Assembly (NCBI RefSeq): GCF_006345805.1
Contig: NC_042999.1
Coordinates: 143,530,001 to 143,594,000, forward strand
DNA length: 64,000 nucleotides
Source: Octopus sinensis
Lineage: Eukaryota
Direction of reading: 5' to 3'
Below are positions 28,020 through 42,267 of the stretch, one piece after another. The notes under the pieces are model-generated. The model was given only the letters and a program-made list of their open reading frames with translations. It made no database searches and was not told where the DNA came from. Each line of letters begins with the position of its first letter. The first letter of the stretch is position 1. The position numbers were made by a program, and so were the translations under genes.

Positions 28020-28135
28020 GAACTACTGTACCGACTTCAATTCTGTTTCGGCAATGCTGATGTGGGGCGGGCTCTACTCTTCCTAAGGAGCTGGTTGGTG
28101 TACGACTTCAGTCTTTTTCAAGCTTACTTGTAACC
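28020..28135 (-). mobile_element. RTE/BovB-like RT fragment
   Basis: Translates to SLKKTEVVHQPAP*EE..PHISIAETELKSVQ*F, resembling the BovB-type ISLKKTEVMHQPAP motif. Confidence 0.55.
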
Positions 28136-28139
28136 TGTC

Positions 28140-29760
28140 TGGAATTTCATGAGGGAATTTCTATTGCCTCTGGCCCATATTGATGTAGAATTGTGGTAAA
28201 GGGGTTTACCACATCAAAAGCTACAATGTCATTGTTTATGGATTTGGGGGTGATTTAACAGGTCCAGGTCGTCCCTAACAAGACTTGGTATGTATTTTGA
28301 AATAAGTTCCAATAATATATCTAAAAATTTGCTGTGTCTGTGTGTTTCACAGTTCGGGCCTGCTAGGATTGGTCAGAGTTTAAGGTCAGTGGGATATTGT
28401 ATGTTCATGCAACTTAAAGTTGGTTCTTTACATGCATTCTTAATAGTTTGATTCTTATAGATTTTGGGGAAACCGTAGAAGTAGCTAGTCTTGCAATTAA
28501 AATGGGTTAGGTAGTCACATTCTTTGTTGAACCTTTTTGATGTCTGTGAATGTGTGCGTTCAGTTTAGTTATTGTCTTTGATTTTTAGTAATTATTTACC
28601 TTTTTGTAGTAGGTCATATCTTGTAATGTAGATAGTATATCTGTTTTGTAGTGTTCAATATCCATAGTAACTATAACACTTTCCTTATTTGCTTCCTTAA
28701 TTGTAATGTCATCATTGTTTTTCAGTTCGCGTATAGTATCCCATTGCTTTTAACTGGTATTGGGTATTTGGCTTACTTTTAGGGTGTGGAAGCTCTTTGT
28801 AAGGGAAGGTAAATATAAAAATCACAAAATTTATCTAAAGCTTTAGTCTTATCTTTCGTAGGATTGTAATCGCTTTTGTTTCTTACAAGTGATTCGTCCC
28901 TGTTTTCTTTATCGAATAATTCCTCTGTTAGACGTAGTTTTCTACATATCTCTGAAATATCGTTCTGTATTTCATTGGAGTTAGGGTACTGTGGTGTTTG
29001 GGTAAATTTTAGGCCTTTTGATAAAGAGTTTTTTGGATAGGTTAACTATTTTCAGTTTCTTATCTTCGGTTTGTATCATCTGGTGTCGAGAACTCGGTCG
29101 GTTGGACCTTTTATTACTATTTATATATCCGAGGACATTTTCTTTGTTAACTTGCTCCCTTTTGTATCGATTTCGTACATTTTGTTGTTCTGCATTGTGG
29201 TAGTTTCTCTCTGTAATTGTTTTTAAGTTGATATTTTTATCCGTTGTGTGTGTGTCTTCGGCTTTGGAGAAAGTTCAGTCCAATCGGAGGGAAAACTTCT
29301 TTTATTTGGATTATTTTGTTGTCTAAGTAGTCTTTAATTGTTCCTATGAAATTGGTGAATATAATTTCCATACTTAAGTGTTTGATTAATCGGTTGCGAA
29401 TGGGGTTTGTGGATTTTAACTTCCTTTAGAAATGAATTATCGGTAGATTTAAACTTTCTTCAGGAATGGGTTATCTTTTTTCAAACGAGATTCATAATTG
29501 GAGAACCAAAGAACATTTCTCTTTCACCTTTGAAGAGAGGTTAATTCCTCGTTCTTACATTTTTCTTTCCAAAGTTTAATATTGTTTTCTCGGCTTTCGG
29601 ATGTTTTTGAAATTTGTTTGCATTTGTGCGTCAATTGTTTTAAATTTTTCTTCGTTGGAATTTACTCCTAGTAGTAGTAGTTGGGTTTCCATTCTGAATT
29701 TATCGAGGGCCGTCTTTTCTCTAGGTTTTTGCTGTTCTTCGGGTTCATTAGCGATATGTT
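28140..29760 (-). mobile_element. Degenerate Penelope-like element (Neptune-like), N-terminal and RT part
   Basis: DDITIKEANKESVIVTMD, YFYGFPKIYK, PILAGPNCETHRHSKFLDILL, IVAFDVVNPFTTI..GPEAIE, with stops and frameshifts. Confidence 0.75.
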
Positions 29761-29808
29761 TTGCGTGTATATATATATATATATATATATACATACATAT
29801 ATATAAAA

Positions 29809-29965
29809 CGGGCTGCTGAAAAGTTCCTGGCTCGGGATAAAAGAAAATTCAAGGGAATCAGTTAATCAGGATTTTATTCAACATATTACCCTCTCAGATT
29901 CACACACTTATTGTAGCGGTCCTTCAGTTTTTCTAAGTTCTGTAAAAGAACTCGAAACTTTGGGC
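29809..29965 (+). mobile_element. mariner-like terminal fragment
   Basis: cgggctgctgaaaagttcc TIR-like start followed by cacacttattgtagcggtccttcagttttt; no partner TIR found. Confidence 0.45.
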
Positions 29966-30034
29966 CTTCAGACTTTCGCGATACCCTTTAAGACAGGACC
30001 TTTTCAGCACCCCTTCGTATGTATATATATATTT

Positions 30035-31262
30035 TTCAAGAAAGGGAGCCGCGAAGACCCGCTTAACTACCGACCGGTTTCCCTTACTTCAATAATCAGC
30101 AAGATGTTCGAAACCATCCTTAAAAAAAGTATGTTGCTCCACCTCCAAAACACAGCCTCTCTCTCTGATTCCCAACACGGCTTCGTGCCGAAGAGATCAT
30201 GCTTGACCAACTTACTGGTAATGGAAGAATTGGTGACGCATATCCTCGATGATGGTGATGCTGTTGACATCGTTTTATTGGACTTTGCCAAAGCTTTTGA
30301 CTCGGTTAACCACCGCCTATTACTTGTCAAGCTTCAAGCATATAGTTTCCATCCGGATATTGTACGATGGGTTGGTGCCTTCCTCTCAGATCGCTCCTTC
30401 CAAGTCCAAGTTAATGGTTCGCTGTCCGACGTCTCCGGTGCGAGCAGTGGCGTGCCTCAAGGTTCAGTGCTTGGGCCCTAATTGTTTTTAGTCTTCATAA
30501 ATGACTTGCCCGACGACCTCACGCAACACACCCTTCTATTTGCCGATGATGTCAAACTGGTCGCTCCTCGCGGTGATATAGATGATCTTCGTCGATGCCT
30601 CCACCAAGTTTGGAGATGGTCTAACGAATGGGACCTGTGTCTGAACGTGTCAAAGTGCTGTCATCTGCCTGTTGGCTCTTCTCCTGCAACTCAACTTGAT
30701 TTCAAGCCGGGTCGTCTGCTGCTGGAGAGGACCGACCAGGTAAAGGACCTGGGTATCTTGGTGGATTCTTCCTTTTCACCTTCGGCCCAGTGCGTCCATG
30801 CTGCCAGCAAAGCACGCGGAGTTCTGTTTTTGATTCGACGGTCATTTGTCTTATGAAGAAAGGCTGAAGACTCTTGACGTTTATTCCCTAGAAAAACGAC
30901 GACGCCGTGGTGATCTCATTCTTGCTCACAACATCATAAGCGGAAAGTGTAACCTCTCGAAAGAGCTATTCTTCACTCCTATTCAAGAGTGTCGGCTGCG
31001 GGGTCACTCCGAAAAGCTCTATCTGCGACGATTTCATCTCAATCGAAGGAGAGAGGCTTTCTCCGTCCGGGTTGCGGATCCGTGGAATAAGCTGCCGGAC
31101 GAGATAGTGAAGATGCCGACGACCGCTCGGTTCAAAGTCTCTCTTGAACAGAAAAGGACTGAACTCTTTGCATGAACACCCTCCCTGTACATAACTCCAT
31201 ATCTCCCTACATGGCCTTGCTTTTTGCTTTTTGAGCCAAAAAATTAACTTGACTTAACTTTT
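30035..31262 (+). mobile_element. CR1-clade LINE 3' part with an in-frame stop (30479-30481) and an internal deletion near 30850
   Basis: KKGSREDPLNYRPVSLTS, QHGFVPKRSCLTNLL, LDFAKAFDSVNH, SGVPQGSVLGP*, LFADDVKL, VKDLGILVD, then an abrupt jump to SYEERLKTLDVYSLEKRR. (AACTT/GACTT) tail. Confidence 0.92.
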
Positions 31263-31280
31263 ACATATATATATATATAT

Positions 31281-31362
<82 letters not shown>

Positions 31363-32779
31363 GACAGGAATACATAGACACCTTTATAAACATTCTTTAA
31401 ATCTGGTATTATTCATTCAAATTATGTATTAATTGTTATAATGTGAATATATATAAGCGTAAATTAGGTAGGTGTTGTACTGAATGACGTACGCAAAAAA
31501 TTCTTGACACATTGAAATCTACTTTAATGTATGCCATTATTGGTCCGTTTGAGTTATTTGTACCTTAGCCTGTCTTTTTATTCATTGCTCGTGGCTCCGT
31601 GTTTGTGTGTGTGTTTGTGTGTGTGCGTGCGTGTTCACGTATGCGTATGTATATGAGAAAGAGGGAAGAGAGAGAGAGAGGTTGAGAAATAGAGAAAATG
31701 AAAGAACTATACCATTCGACTCACAGACATGAAATTATCCATATAAACCAGAGTCCCTCCCACCACCCCACATACACACATGACATACGTTTTCAGATAT
31801 TTTCCCATGTCACTTCCTGACATCATTGTTGTTGCTCAGACGATTCTCGAACGTTCACCCATTTCGACACAGTGCAACTCACTGCTGCCGCCACCTCCAC
31901 CACCACTAGCACATCACTATGTTATTCACTAGTAAGTACATACCACCACTCCGACACTACAAAATACATTCTATCACCACTATTCTTGTTCCCAAGTCGG
32001 ACATACCGTTAGAACACTAACCAACGGCCATCAACTCTACAGCTGTACCCATTTTTTTTATTAATGACTTGTATGGGCGAGGTATTTCCTTATGCAACCA
32101 CAATATACTATATAGTATATTAAAAATCTTTTTATAAGTTAATACTGTGTTCTATTATGTAAGCAGTGATCTTAACGTCGTTTATTAAGGTTATCTCTAC
32201 AAATATTCTGTATAAATTATAACCAGCACTGACTTTTGCTACGACCTTTCGTATTCGAGATATCTGACGCCTTGGATACGAAACGTCGTAACAAAATCAG
32301 TGCTGGCTATAATTTCTATATTCTGTTGAGATAATCTAAACAAACCACTTATTGTAATAACTTAGGCGAGAAAAAGACGATATCCATAGCCTTTTTCAAC
32401 TCTTCCAATACTTGTGGGAGAAAAGCAAGAAGTTCTATAAAAAACCTGGTTCGAATCCCAAGGGTTCAGTGTTTGTATTCAAATAGATGAAGGATCAAGT
32501 CTATCACACGAGATTTGGTACAATCAACTTCGCCTGGCTCAGTTTCTGTCTGCCGAACTTTACTTATAAATATTTGGCTGATCTGAACTATGGCATAAAA
32601 TACTTGTCTAAAGTACCTCGCAGTGGGATCGAACGAATCCAAGGCACACAGCTACGAAGACACACCTATGTCACAGCAATACCTGTCCCATCAATATACC
32701 AACGTATAATATAGGTAGCTATGCACTTTATACTGTTATCTGACTCAAAGTGGGTGAGGTCACTTGATGATAGAAATCT

Positions 32780-32925
32780 CAATTTATCCAGATGTTGATG
32801 TACCGCTCACGGCGGCGTTGGAGAGAGTAGAGTTTCAAGGCTTTAAGGTGGTCCCAATAATCGAGATCAGTTATGCCTTCAATTCGTTTAATGAGTCCCC
32901 TCTGGGGTGATTCAATCCTCGAGAT
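32780..32925 (-). mobile_element. CR1/L2-like C-terminal fragment
   Basis: [28 protein letters not shown]; same family as 34170-34683. Confidence 0.7.
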
Positions 32926-32926
32926 G

Positions 32927-33108
<182 letters not shown>

Positions 33109-33338
33109 GCTATTTCGCATTTTTCAAGCGTTTCACAATGTGGATGAGTCTACCTTATCCAAAACTACTCCCATCCAACATGGATGCGATTACCAACATT
33201 GTTAAGTGAATCGCTTGGAAAATGTGAACCAATACGCAAGATACCGTTAGTAGCACTATTAATCCACAAAGAATATTTATTCATCAAATGCGGTGTTTTG
33301 CACTCATTCTCACTGTTCCATACTATCGTTTACATATA

Positions 33339-33379
<41 letters not shown>

Positions 33380-34169
33380 TGTGTGTGTGCGTGTGTACCT
33401 ACATGCACAAATATACGCACACGTATGTGTGTGTGAGCGAGTTTGTGCGAGTGTGTGTGCATTGGCAGGTTTACTTTGACTTACTTTAGATTTGCAACCT
33501 GAAAAGCTTTTGAAGTGGAACCGTTACTGCTTAGTAACTAACGGTATTCTCTTTCAGCCACACGAGTTTATTTACTTCTCAAATTCAACAGTTAAGGGTT
33601 TGAAAATCCAGAATTTACAGGAAAAATTATATTTTAGGCAGCAGAGAGCCTTAACACAGACACCTGATCTTTTAGAAATAACTGTCAAATATCCTTCAAA
33701 TCATACAGTCGTCATGAGCAAGCAGAAAACAAGGAATAATGTGATTCTAGATTGTGGTGTTCCTGAAAAAAAGGACGGTCGCGGCTGGAATTCCTTAGAC
33801 CATACGTTTGCCATGTCAGTACTGACCTGTTGTTTAAACTTAGATATACTTAGATATGTTTCGACCAAAGATTAGTCCAGGCCATGTCTAACTCAACAGC
33901 ACCTATATATATAAACATCTCGACAGAGGACACTCACTAAACAAATTGAAGAATTCAAGTAAACAAAACGATCGTCAATTATATCGTGCACCTACCAAAT
34001 ATGATGATGAAGTGAACCTGTACACACTTAATATGCATACCTCTTGTGGTCAGAATTTCGACTGAGGAGGCTATCATTTATCGAAATGGGTACACTATTA
34101 GCAGTCCAATTTGCTGGGGAAAACGAGTTAAAATAGATATCTATATAATAATCTATTTCTTTCTCAACT

Positions 34170-34683
34170 AAACGAATTGAAGGCATGACTGATCTCGATT
34201 ATTGGGACCGCCTTAAAGCCTTGAAACTCTACTTTCTCCAGCGCCACTGTAAGCGATACATCATTTGAACGATGTGGAGAGTATACCGCCAGCATTGCCC
34301 AAACGACCTGAACATTAGTTTCAAGGTTCATCCAAGGCTGGGACCACGGGCCATACGTCCCCTGCCCAATTCAGGATCACAGCATATAGGTACACTGCGA
34401 CATAATTTCTTTTCCTCAACAGGCCCTGCCCTGTTTAACATTATCCCGAAAGAGATCAAAGAGGGAAAGGATCCCATCGCCTTTAAACGGAGTCTGGACA
34501 GATTTCTTCAAGGTATACCGGATAAGCCACCCATACCTGGATACAACTCAATTAACAAGAACTCACTACTTGAATGGACCATAAACAAAACTTGACTTAA
34601 ACAGGATTTAGATAATCCTATCAGGTGGTGCTATTAAGTTAGACATGACCTGGACCAATCTTTGGTCGAAACATATCTAAGTT
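34170..34683 (+). mobile_element. CR1/L2-like LINE 3' end (opposite-orientation 3' UTR copy at ~33845-33905)
   Basis: RIEGMTDLDYWDRLKALKLY..TGPALFNIIPKEIK..FKRSLDRFLQGIPDKP, followed by a 3' UTR. Confidence 0.8.
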
Positions 34684-34726
<43 letters not shown>

Positions 34727-34762
34727 TGTGTGTGTGTGGTGTGTGTGACTGTATGCAAAGCA

Positions 34763-34844
34763 ATCATCGTGGCCGAGTGGTTAAGGCGATGGACTAGAAA
34801 TCCATTGGGGTCTCCACACGTAGGTTCGAATCCTACCGATGACG
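34763..34844 (+). tRNA. tRNA-Ser (anticodon AGA)
   Basis: 82 nt: atcatcg tggccgagtggttaaggc gatgga ctAGAaa tccat, long variable arm, gtagg ttcgaat cctac, cgatgac g, then T-tracts (Pol III terminator). A1-C72 mismatch and one variable-arm mismatch. Confidence 0.85.
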
Positions 34845-36646
34845 CTTTTCTTTTTATAAAGCGTACCCCAGAAGAGCCGCAGTCTAGTGACTGAAAGTAA
34901 TGGATAAAATTATATATTTGTGTGCGTATATGTGTAAGCCACACAAATTATTCACAGTGCTCTACCTGTTTTATTTATGCTGAATGAATTATTCATTCTC
35001 TTCTACATCACTCTATTTCTCGCTTTCTCTTTCTCTGTGTATGTGTGTGTGTTTGTGACTTTATCTCTGTGAGTGGGTGAGACTAAAGCATTGTCACCCC
35101 TTCCAAAAGATGTGTTCCAAACACCCACCCACATAAAACCACTTTTTTACATTCCGTCCCGAAAACCTGGGAACTCGTATATATTAGTCACACGAAAGGT
35201 TCAAAAAGTCCAAAACAGAATGATAATGGTTTTTTTTATTTTTTTATTTTTTATTTTTACTTCATGGTAGTAATTTCTAAATTAAAATTTAAAAACCTTT
35301 TATCAAAGGTATTCTGGCACGCCTATTTAAAACAAAATACAAAGCGAACAGTTTTCACGATTTTCGTACAAACTAACGACGTAAGTTGTTAGAATCGTGG
35401 GAAATACAGATTAAATATCCATTATATAAATTTAATTGCTATCCTCTCCATTCTCAGTTCAAATCCCACCGAAAATGACACTGCGTTTAATCACTCTTAT
35501 GATTTCTCATAGGGATGGCCCATAAATAGCATCACCAAAACTGTATCTCAATGACCAGACTTATACATGAACTGTAAAAATTACAGTTTCAGTAAGATGC
35601 TATTCCTATACAAAGCTCAAGTTAAATTCACATTAACCAAGGCGATGCCTTTGCTACACATACACAGACAACTAACTAATACTGTATGCAGAATAAGATC
35701 ATCTTACTGATACTGATTCACCAAAAGCTCTCTGCTCTTAGTTAAAATCCCAATACCGTTGACAATGCATATGCTCATTCATCATCAGCTACAACCATTG
35801 GCTTCTTCCAGAATAACAACGGCCTCTGCTCTTCTGAACCAGCGAATTCAACATCTCTTCTTACCCAGGTACACCTACTTTTCTATAGCTCAACTGTGTC
35901 TATGCTCCCAAATTAAAACTAAACGCATTCTTCTAATCTCTTCTAATGACTCGAGTGTGTTATGAACTCACATTATTCTCTCGTACTTCACTTCTACCTT
36001 CAGCTGACCGCGTGACCATTTGGCCTTAGCGTATTAACATTAATCACTTTTCTCTATATCTTCCTCTTTTCTTTCTTCACTCCTCTCTCTCTCACTCTTA
36101 CTCCACCTCTCACTCACTCCACCCCCACCTCTCTAACTAACTAATGAATAACGGGCGAACGAACCAGCAAATTATTATATAGATATCTATTTTAACTCGT
36201 TTTCCCCAGCCAATTGGACTGCTTATAGTGTACCCATAGGTTCGCTTCATCATCGTATTTGGTAGGTGCACGATATAACTGACGATCGTTTTGTTTACTT
36301 GAAATATTGATTTCTAATATAATACAACGACTCTAGATAAAAAGTTAACCGACCCTCGATTAAATTAAATTATAGCTTTTTCCGCAACAACTTTTTGTTG
36401 TGGACAGCATTTTGGTACTGAACAATGATTCTTTAAGTTTCAGTGGGTGGAACCCGTCTTGTTTATTTGTTGTTGATTTAATCATTTATTTATTAAATGA
36501 AAGAAAAAGGAGATTTGTTAATAGGTTATGCGAATGCGTGTGGGGGTTAAAAAAAGGCCTCCAACCACAAACGTATAAAAGATGATTTATTATTAAATCA
36601 TCTTTTATACAGCACAACTGGGAGGGTCTTTATATATATATATACA

Positions 36647-36680
<34 letters not shown>

Positions 36681-36953
36681 CATACATACATACATACATA
36701 CATAAATACATACATACATAGATATGTGAGTGTGTGTATTCTAAAACTAAATTGTTTGTTTTGAAGACGTTGTAGTTAAATAAACAGTAGAAAATTGCTC
36801 TCATTCAGAATTGATAGTGCTGTCGAAGGTAAGAAAGGGTATGTGTACGTAGGAGAGAGAATTGGATTGAAAGAGAGATTGCGTATAATTTGTAAGAATG
36901 ATTTAGTGTCATTCGTAAGAGAAAACGGGGAGATAAAGCTAGAAAAAAAAGGA

Positions 36954-36985
<32 letters not shown>

Positions 36986-37413
36986 AGGAAAGAAAGAAAG
37001 AAAGAAAAAGAGGTAATGCGCTGGAATGAATGGGCAAATGAGATTGTAACGATGTTAGAAATATGTATGAAAGAAACAAACAAAAAGAGAAATGGAAAAG
37101 ACAGAAGGGGAGAATTACTGTTTGGGAGAAGAAATGTGGATATATGTATGTGTGCCAGTTGCGAGTTTGTGGGGTGGGGGAAGAATATAAAAAACAAAAA
37201 GAAACGTATATTGAAGTGGATTGAAGAACATGGAAGGACAGACAGACAAAGAGATGGGAGGAACAACGAAAAACGAATAAGGAGAGTGATATATAGACTA
37301 AGAAATAGGCCTTGATTGTAGGTATAACTTATACTGGTTACATTGTGAATGTTGGTCTGGACTTATACATTTTTCATGCAGAAGGCACCCCCGAGAAATG
37401 TTCTAGTCCCCGG

Positions 37414-37517
<104 letters not shown>

Positions 37518-38411
37518 CAGACAGATAGATAGATAGATATTACAGTTAAGTTAATTATCTGCTTATCACTCTTAATTTACAAGGACTGCATAAAACGTTA
37601 AAGAAGTGCTACTTTATAGGTGCGAATCCTGAGACACTACTGAGGCTATAATCAAGAAAGTGCTGATCTTCACGAACGATTACTTAGGAAGAATCCTTTG
37701 GTAACACTGTTAGCTGGTGAAGAATCCGTCAACTCTTTGCTAAACAATGAATAAATTGAAGCAGCCGGGAATGCTTTTGACATACATTACACAAACCATT
37801 AAATAACATTACAAGGCAGCCCTTTCATGGAATTTTCAAAGGAAATGGTTGATAAAAAAGTACTTTGTACAGAGCCCTACAGGTGAATGTCAAAGAGGCG
37901 AAGGACTTCTGGGATGGCCCAGAAAAGGAAAAGGCAGAGAATTTTTGTAAGTGACCTGCGTCACAGGACAATGACTAAAGAAGAGGAATATCACTGATAG
38001 ATTCATCTTTGCAATAGTACCTTCCATAACCCATTGGGACATTGGGAACCATTAAAACCGTTCATTCTTATATAGGTGGTCCTACTAGAGTCCATCCTTC
38101 TTTAAGTGATAATGATTGCATTAATTCAGTACTAAAGGTTAACGAAACCTCCGTTACTTATACAATATCTTATTTCTTCTACAGACCGTCGTGGCTTACC
38201 TGGATCAGTGCACTAACCAAGGGAGCTTCTCTATAAACAAATGGAGAAAAGTCCGTCAACCTACAAGTAATAGCAAGCAAATCTCCCTTAAATCACACTA
38301 TATAATCCATAAAAAGGTGGAATGCTCGCAGCTAAAATACTTTTGACAAAAGATCTGCTAAATCAGAGCTTAAATGGTATTAAACAGCAACAATAGCAGC
38401 AGCAACAACAG

Positions 38412-38775
38412 TGGAGGCGCAATGGCCCAATGGTTAGGGCTGCGGACTCGCGGTCGGAGGATCGCGGTTTCGATTCCCAGACCGGGCGTTGTGTGTGTTT
38501 ATTGAGCGAAAACACCTAAAGCTCTACGAGGCTCCGGCAGGGGGGGGGCGACCCCCTGCTGTCCTCTTTCGCTCCAACTTTCTCTCACTCTTTCTTCCTG
38601 TTTCTTGTCCCCGACTTCCTACGCAACCGCTGAGCCTGGATGCGCATTCATCCATCCGTCGATGCTCTCGGTGTCGGGGGTTGATCTGCTTTCTCTTCTG
38701 CGGGTCTTACGAATAGCAAAGGACCACGTTTCGGACTTATCCCATCTTGCGAGCTCTGGGACGAAGACCGTTCGC
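38412..38775 (+). mobile_element. tRNA-Arg(TCG)-derived SINE, family C
   Basis: tggcccaatggttagggc..gcggac TCG cggtc..gtttcgattccc head and accgggcgttgtg body. Confidence 0.8.
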
Positions 38776-39348
38776 TCAACAGCAGCAACAACAACTATGA
38801 CAGTGCTTATCAATCTTCTGTCGTTCAGTGAATGAGAAACGCCGTGATATTTGTCATACCTGTTCAAAGTTTGATGAACCCAAACGTTGAAGGTTGCAAT
38901 GACCACAAAACTAACATAGCATCATTGACAAGATACAAACTACCGATCTCTTTGATTGGTTTTTTCGCATTCTGTCGACTCGTCCAAATCGTTTCTCCAA
39001 TCATACAGTGCTCTATTGCAACGGTACAGCTAGCTTCACAGTATTTTTGAGGCGTGTTTTGTAATTCAGCAATAAATGAATAATTGCATATATGATCGCT
39101 GATTATTGTAATACATAGAGAGGTTTATTTGTCGCTACAAGCAATATATTGTTTCGGCAGCAGACAGTTGAATGACAACGGCCAAGCTCACCTTACTGTA
39201 TGAGGTTTTTCATGGGTAGGATTATTAACTACTGAAAGCAAAAACGGCGTAATAGACTGAGCCGATATATCGTTACTGATTTGATTCCTCTCGTCATAAA
39301 GTTACCCGTGATAAAGTAGCGTTATACTGAAAGAAAGAAAGAAAGAAA

Positions 39349-39385
<37 letters not shown>

Positions 39386-39949
39386 AAAATGAATGAATGA
39401 ATGAATGAATGAATAAAAGGAAGAAAGAGAATAGGGAATGAGTTATTTCATATATTAAATACTGCTAAAAACCTGATCGTCGTAATCATCACAGTATTAA
39501 CAAACGTTGGTGATTTATACATTTTCAGCGAGCCAGTTTTGGAAATTCTAGGGGTCGCTGGTTAGAAGTAGCAGCGAAAAAATCCCTCAAGTATCACGGT
39601 TGAAATGCTTTTCATCGAAGGTCTGTCTTGTTAGATGTGATTTGGTGCCCAAACAACACTTTCTGATTGATGAACAAACTCAGCGAAAATTAAGTAGCGT
39701 GGATATGGAAACAGTGCCGTGTTGATGACAGAAACAACCAGCTGAAGTACCATCAGATATACAGAGGAAATAAAATGCGATACCTTGACTCTCATACTTC
39801 TGCTAAGACTTTTAATGTAATGAATAAAATGGCTTTAAATAAAGAACCAGCATTTAGTAACAGAGGAACCCTCAAAGTATTTTTAACATGATACCAAACT
39901 GTCAGTTACTTATACTATTTATAATACTAGTAAAATATCTGGTATCGGA

Positions 39950-40013
39950 CTTTGTTCACTGCAGTAAATCGACAACAGCACCTTTGTTCACTGCAGTAAA
40001 TCGACAACAGCAC
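39950..40013 (+). repeat. Perfect 32-bp tandem duplication
   Basis: ctttgttcactgcagtaaatcgacaacagcac x2. Confidence 0.95.
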
Positions 40014-41818
40014 CTTACACCGCAAATGTAAGATGGAGTAAAATGCAACTAGAACCCTCGAGATTGCTACAAATACTAGGGTTCACCATAACTAAAGACC
40101 CCCTCCTGATGAATTCACATCCTCATCAAAACCAAAGCTGCATGCTTGTGATGCAGTTTTAGATATGCTGAGATAAATAAGTTGCTGTTCAAATCCAGAA
40201 AAAACATCAGACCATCACGACTATTTGCTCTTTAATAATATGGTAAGATCCACAGACTGCTCCCACTGTTAGCGGCGCTGCTGACATATAAACTGACATC
40301 CAAGACCACGTCCAATGAATGGCCACTCAACTGGGATGATGTTACTCATCAAACACGCCAAACAGCGGCTCACAAACATTGTCTCATCTTTCGGCCTTTT
40401 CCACCTCTTTAACAGTGAGTTGTGCTCCTCGGATTTGGCTCATCACGTACTATACCAACCCAGGCTTTCCCAGTTCCACCTCCCATCCCGTCTTTTTACC
40501 CATATTGTGTCCACTTCCCTCCCCAGACCCAGCACCAACGTTACCTACGCTGATCTCACCTCTCTCAAGTGGAAGATGGGGTGTAAAAAGCTTTAGGCAA
40601 CGATTACACAAGCCAACAATGAAGCCTCTACACACTATAAATTGTAGCAGTTCTGAATACTTTACCTAAAAATATGATAGGATGGTCGTGGGTGGAACTC
40701 CCTGATCATAGATCTGCTTAATAAGAACTAATATGAGGGTAAACAAAAACTGTAAGTAACTAGAATATTGTAGAGTTAAAGAATGGTTCAGAAGTTTGCG
40801 ATGCTAGAACCAAGTTAACCTGCATTGGAAGCACTTACCATAGCTTTCAATAAGAAATCCAGTTTTCTGTTGTAAGGGAAATAACTGGAATAAAAAAATC
40901 TTGGCTTATGTCCCTTGAAGCATTATTGCCGAGAAAAGAAATATGAGTCAAAATTTAGAATGCCGATCTGAAATGACAAAAATTAGTCAATAAAATTTTC
41001 TGAATTCACTATAGCCACATTTAAATCTGAATTGTATTCAGATTTGTGAAGTAAAACACCAGAATTGACCTAATAAGCTGGTATTCCATACATAACAAAA
41101 TTTTTTCCTTCATTACTTTCGTGCAGGAGTATATCATATTATGCTATACCATTGCATGCATTTCTTTCTCCTTATAAAATTTACAAATTTGGTAATAGTT
41201 GTTTTTAATTTAGACATAAGGCCAGCAATTCTGAGGTTACGGGGCAAGTCGATACCGCTGATTCGAGTACATGACGGGTACTAATTTCCTCGTCCCTCTG
41301 GAGTTCCTGAAAGGCAAATTTAAGCTCGGTATGATTCAAGCTCAGAAGATAAAAGAGTCGGAATAAATGCCGTGAAATTTTTCTTTCTTTTCGTTTTCGT
41401 TTTCTTTTTTTTTTATATCCTGATAATTCTGCCAACATTACTAACATTAGTTTGAATTATAATAATACACTGTAAAATCCTACAAGTTTTTAAACTTTTT
41501 ACTTCCTTCAGGATGAAGTATTTTCTTTATTGCATCTGTTCAACAAATGCTTTCGAAAACAAATTTCTGTTAAATAAAGACATTCATCAATATCAATTTA
41601 TTTGCGTGGTTAATTATATTTCAATGCAGTACCACAATTACTTCCCTTTAATACTCACGGGAGGTAAGTATTGCGGAATTATTAAAAACGTTATTCTTTC
41701 ATCATCATTGTAACGGCATAACCTTAATAATAACTTCATAAACTCTGATCATGTTGCTTGAGATACACCAACACATTATATTTCTATCATTTTTCTATTT
41801 TCGTCTAAATACAAAAAG

Positions 41819-41859
<41 letters not shown>

Positions 41860-42267
41860 CAATAATAAATCTCTGAACGAGATGTAAACAGAAACCGCTC
41901 GACAACGTAAAGTATACTAGCCATCTCAATATGGCTAACCACTAAGGGTGGGTGTTACTGTAGCTTTTAGCCCCAGGAGATCATCGTCTCCAGCTGGCTT
42001 TAGGCACACTTTCTGTGCACTTATGGTATTTGCAAAGGGAGGTCATCCCTCTCTCGTAGACCTAAGCGATACGCACGGACTGCAGTTTCGAGGTAATTTG
42101 TCTCTTGTCAACGTAAGGTAATCACCGGTTTACGATGAAAGGAAGACCTGTTTGCAAATACCTATGGGTTTTTCTAGTAACTTCCGTCACGTTTATATAT
42201 ACGTTTATGAATTTGTGTTGCAAGATTCCTGATGTGAAACCGTGTATTGAAACAGTTGAAACAGATG

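Larger units (their letters stand above)
33954..36303. repeat. Inverted repeats 33954-34152 and 36171-36303 bracketing ~2 kb
   Basis: ttcaagtaaacaaaacgatcgtc..gagttaaaatagatatctatataataat and its reverse complement; the left arm has a ~66-bp extra segment. Confidence 0.75.
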
